In this document: positions 58,701 to 64,000 of the stretch, in pieces | How the letters are laid out: each line of letters opens with the position of its first letter | Numbering within the stretch: position 1 is the stretch's first letter | Assembly (NCBI GenBank): GCA_946965045.2 | Contig: OX337238.1 | Location: 2,418,001-2,482,000, forward strand | DNA from: Epithemia pelagica | Taxonomy: Eukaryota > Protista > Bacillariophyta | Length of the DNA: 64,000 nt | Reading direction: 5' to 3' | Position numbers and translations under genes: made by a program | The notes under the pieces: model-generated | What the model was told of the DNA's origin: nothing | What the model saw: the letters and a program-made list of their open reading frames with translations, nothing else | Databases searched by the model: none

Positions 58701-61610
58701 CAGACAAAGTGTGGTGACATGAGCTAACATGGACGTCGAAGGACTCGCTTGGGGCGGGCTCAAACTGCGAAAACCGTCGAGTTGACTATTGTAGCATTCT
58801 TTCCAGGTGGTACAGAGGGACCGAATCATGGCATCGTCAACCCATTCCGAGTCATTGAGATACAAATGTCTCAATGTCGCTTCCTTTGGTGTGGCCTTCC
58901 ATGAGAGGTAGGGCGGTTGGCCGCGCATATCGTCGTATTGGGCTTGTCCTAATGCTTGAATCACTTGTGCCATTGTGCGAGGTTTCCATCGACAGGCTGT
59001 CAGGCACAAGGTCGACAAGGTAGTCAAGTGCGTCCGCAATACCTGGCACAGGAGCCGAACGACTCCCTCTTGACGAAACCCGAGGCTATGGAACCGCAAA
59101 ACTTGTAAGCCACGGCGGCCAGGGGATGTTGGTGGTGACAACAACGCAGAAAACAATGCCACCAAAGTATCATGAGAAAACACAATATTGTTCTTTGAGG
59201 TTGCATCTGTACTCAAACCATTTGGGGAAAACACTTGCTGCGAGTCAACCTCTGCTCTATCCAACCCAGGTCGTACCGCTACTACCCGCCCTCGAACTTG
59301 AGCATGCGCCAGTGGCTGTTCAACCATTCGATTTTCTTCATTGCCCACTGGGGGAATTTGTAGTTGCGCATCTGCTCTAGGCACCGGGCCTTGGTCGTGT
59401 CCTTCCGGTGGTCTGTGTGCGGCCACGGGCACTGCACGTACAGGGTTTGGCGGGTTGGCTTGTTGTCTGTTTCGTACCACTCGGGAAACCATTCGCGCCA
59501 CAGCCGACATGGCATCCGGTTGTTGGTCAATGCCGTTCCTCGTTGGAGCAGACAAGACGACGTGAGGAAAGTGTTCATTGGTGGGATCCAAGGTCGTTCG
59601 AATCGTAGCCAATTGTTCTGGAGTCAAATTATCATACCCCTCGTCCTCCAGGGCAGCCAAAATGGCCACCAACACGACGGGTCCTTGTGCGGCGGCGCCA
59701 GCTTGGGCTTGTTGTTGATTTTGAAAGGCTTGAGCTATTGCTTGGCCCAATTGTTGCCGTTGTTCGTGTCGTTGTTGTCGTCTCTGGGGTAATGCCTCGC
59801 CGGGTGGTGGTGGCCAATAGAATACTCGTGGTGCACGATTCGTCAACCATTCCAGCAAGAGCTGATTCTCTGGATCTATCAAGCCGTCATTTTGGGGCAT
59901 TCTTCCACCATCTTCCGGTCCTTGACCATTCACGCGAGCGATGCCCTGCTGTACCACCAAGTCGAAAGGATGCAGTTGTGCTTGTTCGGGGCGACCGATT
60001 CGAATAACACGACGGGTCACGGAACCCGCCGATGTGGTATGTTCTAGACCATGCCAATAGGGATTCCATGTGGACGCAGAGGGAATGTATCGATCCTGCT
60101 GCAGCTGGTTGGCCGAGTCCAAGTTCGTTTCGTGGTTGTCAGCACCGTTGACTCGTTGCTGTTGTTGGTTCTCTCCCTGACTATTGGCAGTGGATGTGTC
60201 ACGGTCTTGCTTCTTGGTGGCCTTTTTATTTGTAGAGGTTCCCACAAATTCACAAATGGTGGGTTGAATACTTTCCAAGACATTAGCCATTTGCGCTGCC
60301 GCACCGTGCGAAAACGAACAGCGTTCCAATCGCACATGAAAAGGCCGCATCCGCTCGAGTCGAGAAGTGTTACTGTTGTTCTTTTTCTTGTTCTTTTTCT
60401 TTTGAAGGGCGACAACATGCCGCAAGAGGGCCGATACCCAGGAATGAGAGAGATGAACCGTACGGGTGGTGGGATTGACCTCAGGACGATATGGACCACC
60501 CCACAAGGGGTTCCGTCCGGGAAAGCTGGATCCAGCGCAGGATCCGACATTCAAGACGGTTCCTCCCGATTCCATTCGCATTCGTCTCCACCAATGTTGT
60601 ACCATAGAATTGCAAAGCTCGGCACGATTGACAACTCGTCGATGTACTCTATTACCACCGCCGCCACCACCATCACCAGGACGAGGTCCTATGGGATGGA
60701 TCGCCGGAACCTCTCGACGCAACCGACGACGAATTCGACGAGCAAGCCTCTCTGGTTCTTGTCCAGGTGGTGGAGCTGCGGCTGCTGCTGCGACGGGTTG
60801 TGCTGGTTGGACCGCACGTCCGACGGCGGGCGCCATGACTTGCGGTGGTTCTTGATGGTTTTGGTCTTGTTGAGGTGCTTGTTGCGGCGGAGCCTCCAAG
60901 GGTTGCGGCATGGCTGGTTGTGCTGGTTCTTGTGCATCACCTCCTTCTCCTTCTCCTCGTTGTTCTCGTTCGTGTCGAAGCAAAATACGTTGTGCGATTC
61001 GAAGCGCTTGTCGAAGCGGAATAGGGCGCGGTCCTGATACAGGCAGCACCACGACGACCGAAGATGAGGGATCATCACCATCGTCTTGTTGTTGTTGTTG
61101 TTGTTGGGGATGTCGTTGTGCTCGAGCTACGTGTGGTGCTTGTTCGTGGTTCTCACCATGACCTTGGCCTGCTGCTGCTGGTGGTTCCAATGCAATGGGA
61201 GGATTGGGGTCGGCGGCAGCGGCTTGAGCAGCTATAGGCTCCACTCCACCCACACCAAGTCGCCGTTCCGGAGGTCGTCGTTGTGGAAGACGTCGAATGG
61301 TAAAAATACGCCATTGTTGCGCTGGTTCTTGGACAGGGTTTGGATTCTCATTATTATTATTGTTGTTGTTGTTTTCGTTGGCCGGTTCCTCGGCCACAGC
61401 ATGAGGTTGTGGTAATAGTGCTGCTGGTGGTGGTTCCGGCGGAAGGGCATGATGGTGGGGTGATGGATTGGCTCTGGCTGGTGGTGGAGGATCGACTTCT
61501 ACCAAGGGAAGAGCCGGTGGTGCACGTCCTGGTGGATCCGGCTGTCCTTCTTGTTGTTGTTGTAGTCCCGGTTGCTGCCGTGCTGATGGTTCTTCACCAT
61601 TGTGTTGCAT
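55716..61610 (-). CDS. Large RNI-like leucine-rich-repeat protein (~1960 aa) with long low-complexity N-terminus
   Basis: Single ORF, first ATG at 61610 (MQHNGEE). Repeats include LRHLYLNDS, EILNISHNAL, LRELDVSYN, LKVLRLSN, LKNLILREC, QKLDVAEN, LRHLTLNNN. C-terminal cap RRNRY..WP..L...L..LFLFLR; Q/P/A/N-rich N-terminal ~750 aa. Confidence 0.85.
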   Translation of the reverse strand: MQHNGEEPSARQQPGLQQQQEGQPDPPGRAPPALPLVEVDPPPPARANPSPHHHALPPEPPPAALLPQPHAVAEEPANENNNNNNNNENPNPVQEPAQQWRIFTIRRLPQRRPPERRLGVGGVEPIAAQAAAADPNPPIALEPPAAAGQGHGENHEQAPHVARAQRHPQQQQQQQDDGDDPSSSVVVVLPVSGPRPIPLRQALRIAQRILLRHEREQRGEGEGGDAQEPAQPAMPQPLEAPPQQAPQQDQNHQEPPQVMAPAVGRAVQPAQPVAAAAAAPPPGQEPERLARRIRRRLRREVPAIHPIGPRPGDGGGGGGNRVHRRVVNRAELCNSMVQHWWRRMRMESGGTVLNVGSCAGSSFPGRNPLWGGPYRPEVNPTTRTVHLSHSWVSALLRHVVALQKKKNKKKNNSNTSRLERMRPFHVRLERCSFSHGAAAQMANVLESIQPTICEFVGTSTNKKATKKQDRDTSTANSQGENQQQQRVNGADNHETNLDSANQLQQDRYIPSASTWNPYWHGLEHTTSAGSVTRRVIRIGRPEQAQLHPFDLVVQQGIARVNGQGPEDGGRMPQNDGLIDPENQLLLEWLTNRAPRVFYWPPPPGEALPQRRQQRHEQRQQLGQAIAQAFQNQQQAQAGAAAQGPVVLVAILAALEDEGYDNLTPEQLATIRTTLDPTNEHFPHVVLSAPTRNGIDQQPDAMSAVARMVSRVVRNRQQANPPNPVRAVPVAAHRPPEGHDQGPVPRADAQLQIPPVGNEENRMVEQPLAHAQVRGRVVAVRPGLDRAEVDSQQVFSPNGLSTDATSKNNIVFSHDTLVALFSALLSPPTSPGRRGLQVLRFHSLGFRQEGVVRLLCQVLRTHLTTLSTLCLTACRWKPRTMAQVIQALGQAQYDDMRGQPPYLSWKATPKEATLRHLYLNDSEWVDDAMIRSLCTTWKECYNSQLDGFRSLSPPQASPSTSMLAHVTTLCLVDNPLLTAVGVLPSLTLLLGTEQCPLEVLHISIGLRQPSNQEVRGESPTKAATKKKVSFAQPSQGAESRRNAGQDKVGNEDSSPEPMDEEEDDDDDDEDELVLASDASVLPVIDLSVRHRRIFDEFSVVLSKSKTVVRLTIDTPYSSRELQKPGGAQSTVASNVLTPPPDILVLVLHRGIKCATMKEMDLFHMIQWSRQKRPMTPTNSASTLSTSPDARNATLQPQLEESNVSQPFMTSSSSSLSINRLYHSENDNRCLLEGIARLSVVSWKFQNCKLSVAHEGGFVKSRTKKENILEDSGSADSPAFSHTIDTVMDDASSNWHQDQKPSAVPMLSSLANSCLFAKSGLKVLTLECVLEVPYSLLLPPDSCSISTLTIRNCLMTDSDLHHLLLVPNSEQSSGTSLSYATSNNNNKMLTEDTDPISTPSLVSSSLKAKGSSPEILNISHNALTALSLECLIAFVKVNHQLRELDVSYNHTLLQIDQHLTQDENNQVTDLQGRLVEAIHSHPRLESVRMVSCGISQASNAVLPGPLLRHFDKSEVLKSLDLGFITLERSFCGPSDRPVHQPSSECIPIGRKRGFHVYLDPLTIAETDLARYGEDLSSMSNVDSVFFYYMPLQLGISRLQSQLLSSVLVPALQLKELTLQFSHGRQLIETLMRTLVQGLGNNCSLKVLRLSNVTMPDTSREHLVTSLTSNTSPRLRVLGFRRVSLNLGSVLALLRHQTELNSFEMSASPLFRQTDVEQIETLSDTVAGLVALKNLILRECRMNGSVLSAILRGLEHRQVAVQKLDVAENPFANPGDWSWVSNISRLSKHLRHLTLNNNIWAREKWMDFVEQLQRNMYICSVKYHLRPCHDYLSTPSEPLRSITHHPNEDADSAGYRDIPDPLVTSIVRRNRYINMIQVMTGNETQLDKSYGQSVKHFNPDSWPSSLIPTILQKFGSENGDGTPLFLFLRAGAIPEGTTEGKQKRARFCNSYEIEISNGTAKKRLRRE

Positions 61611-63453
61611 CTTGAACAAACACCCGTAACGACAAGACAGAGTTTTGTTTTTCTTGTCGTCCACAACACAATTCAATGGAACCGGTTTTCTTTTTTCGTT
61701 TCTCTCCCAAACAAACGCCCAACAACGCACACACACCACTCGGACGCAGCAACAAAACCAACTAACGGGTGCGTTTCGAAGGTTCTGCTAGGGCTGGCCT
61801 GTGGCACTTGCTCTCGCTTCTCCTGTTTCTTGGTTTGTGTGCACGTCCGTTCCAAAGGCCGCTTAATCTCTCTCTCTGTCTTTCTTTCTTCCTTGAGAGG
61901 GCCAGACCAAGCCGAGCAAGAACAATTTATAAATAGAGAGAGAAAGAGATTTGTGTGTGTTCTGGTGAGAATCAAATTGCTTCCTTTGTCTCTCTCACTC
62001 GCGTTCGTTCTTGTCAATCAGTCTCTTTTCTTCCACTGGAGAACGCTTGTCTACAAGAGTGGCTTCTTGGATTGTTCGGTGTCTTTCGTCTTCTTCTTCT
62101 CGTTGGGAAGACAAACTATGAAGTGTAGGGAAAAGGAACCTCTATGATCGATATGCGAGAGAAAAGGTCTTGCAACAACACAGAAACGGCTCTCGTTTGG
62201 TTGAAAGACATGCCGCACCTTTTTGTGCTCGGATTGTACCTGCTGTTTGAAGCTAGGTGCCTCTCACTCTCTAGCTGCCTAGCTAGAGCTCACTCTCTAG
62301 AGGAGGAAATAGCTGCCTACCGGAAGCTAGAGACGGATTGAATCAAAAGGGTATCATGGGAGGAGCACAAAAGACAGTTTTGCTCTCATCCGAGCTCTCT
62401 ATACAGCCCGAACCGAGACACGTGACGATGTGATGGTCCGCAATCGAAACAAAAAGGATCGGGAACACTGTCTGTGCGGTTGTGGGGCTGCGCTTCTCTC
62501 TTTCCTACATTGTGCGAGAGAGAGAGAGACAAGGTGAATCTAAGATCAGTAGATAGAAATACGCAGCCAACACGTGTAAACGGAGTAAATGTGGAACAAT
62601 ACAGAATACAGCATAGGAGTAGATTTGAAGTCATCGTCCTGGTACAACGATCGATTCTCTTAATCTACCTACTCTACCTTGTTTTGATTGGTGCAGCCAT
62701 ACCGAGGGACATTTCCATCGGCGTGCCACCCGATTGTTCAATTCTATGCATACAAAGACACTATTATTATCATTCATCCTCAATATGAGTCATAAAATAT
62801 GCAGAAATTGCAATGAATGTGCGATTGCCAGCTTCACTAAAGCTGACTGGCGCTCCTATCCAAAATACCGAGAATCCAGATATCTCCAAGTTCCAAGTAG
62901 TGACTTCAAAGCTAAATTATACCTCCGTCGATACCATTTTTCGAAAAGATGGTGCAGAGTGCAGAGTGCAGACAACCAAAAAATTGTAAAACTAAAAACA
63001 TCCAACATACAAGATACAATAAGCAATAATTGTCAGGCTTAAGGCCCGAGGAAAATACATGGAGTATGGATTAAAACCTGAAATCTATCTTGAAACTTTG
63101 TTGGATGATTCTGTAGACTTTTGGAGATAAATCATATTTCTAATATTGTATTGTATTCTACAGAGTCGCGCGGGCATCTCCTACGATCACGCAAGACTCG
63201 CCACTCTCGCCACTTTCAATCCTTCACACCCCATCTGTTGCATCCCATATGGATTAAGAAGGGCAACATATTCTTATCGTGATGTATTACGTGATTCGGC
63301 GCCAATCGAGATTTCGTGTGAGCACACGAATTGCTTGGTTGCGATTTTGATTGATCGTCATGGTACCGTTAATCCTGGTTCCTGTTTCATCCCAGTAGCA
63401 AAGCATTCATTCAATAGCGCCAGCGCCAGCGCGAGGAAGAAACACCCTGTACC

Positions 63454-64000
63454 ATGAGCGCGGTGAATGAAACGCCCACCGTTTCGGATGATGGCCTTTC
63501 GGTAGGTTCCTCCTCATCAGCAAGTCTTCACTCGGCCTCCACCGAACACATCTTGCTCCCGCTGGTTTCCCTCATCGTGGATAGTCCTCCTACCGAAAAC
63601 GACGAGCATTCCTCTGGTCGACGCATTCCACTGCCGGTGGAAATCGTGATGAAGAAATCAGGTCAGTACTTTCATCATTGTCAGTGTTTCACTGACAAAC
63701 CCACGTCCAGTGCATGCGAGTTGAGTCTCACCAAAGATCGAATCAATCGTCATGGCATTTTGCAGGCGCTGATTCCGATACAATTGCCTCTCTGAAACAA
63801 GAGCTGGTAAAAGCGAAGTACAAGTTCGAGTTCATGCAAAAACAATGGCAGGAGAGGATGGCACAAATGAAAGCACAAATGAAAGCACAAATGGAAGCAA
63901 TGGAAGAACAATGGCACGCAAAAGCCACTGAGGTGGTGAATCTACAAACAGAATTGAACCTGGAACGACGAAAATCCGCACATACAGAGCTCATCATGGC
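63454..64000 (+). CDS. Coiled-coil hypothetical protein (3' partial)
   Basis: Exon 1 63454-63661, phase-1 intron 63662-63765 (G|GTCAGT..TTTGCAG|). Exon 2 reads GADSDTIASLKQELVKAK..MAQMKAQMKAQMEAMEE.. to the window end and includes a 12-bp tandem repeat near 63861-63900. Confidence 0.65.

Noticed and set aside
60051-61081. 328-aa plus-strand ORF and other ORFs overlapping the LRR N-terminus
   Set aside because: Antisense or alternate-frame products of low-complexity, GC-rich coding sequence.
62700-63160. AT-rich island as a possible diatom centromere-like low-GC tract or MITE
   Set aside because: Short, only modestly AT-rich by eye, and no terminal inverted repeats or TSD found; cannot be supported without computed GC and ChIP data.

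Overview
Eukaryotic nuclear DNA with short GT-AG introns, most likely a pennate diatom. That is an inference from the diatom-type Ty1/copia and Ambal-like LINE and a diatom-style LRR protein. The window is dominated by about 10 copies of an uncharacterised two-exon gene family (Kelch beta-propeller exon + coiled-coil exon, with or without a novel helical domain). They sit in a minus-strand array with ~3.2-kb period (9.8-18 kb) and a plus-strand array (33-55 kb), and only two copies look intact. Between the arrays is an FAD/NAD(P)-binding oxidoreductase gene whose 3' end was hit by a decayed, 5'-truncated 5.5-kb APE-RT-RNaseH LINE (17-bp TSD); the LINE's (TTA)n tail supplies an in-frame stop for the host gene. 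180 bp further on is a very young 6.3-kb Ty1/copia element with identical 212-bp LTRs and a GGAAA TSD. The best candidate for an unusual system is this copia. It has no tRNA-type PBS; its PBS is a perfect 14-nt complement of an LTR-internal sequence directly after a consensus initiator, which is Tf1-like self-priming geometry. It also has an extra ORF upstream of gag, a -1 shift on an A8 run inside the protease, and pol running into the 3' LTR. Other genes: a tandem GT-A glycosyltransferase, a Cys-rich type-I membrane protein, a ~1960-aa RNI-like LRR protein and a partial coiled-coil gene. All alignments were done by eye. Homopolymer frameshifts could be assembly errors.
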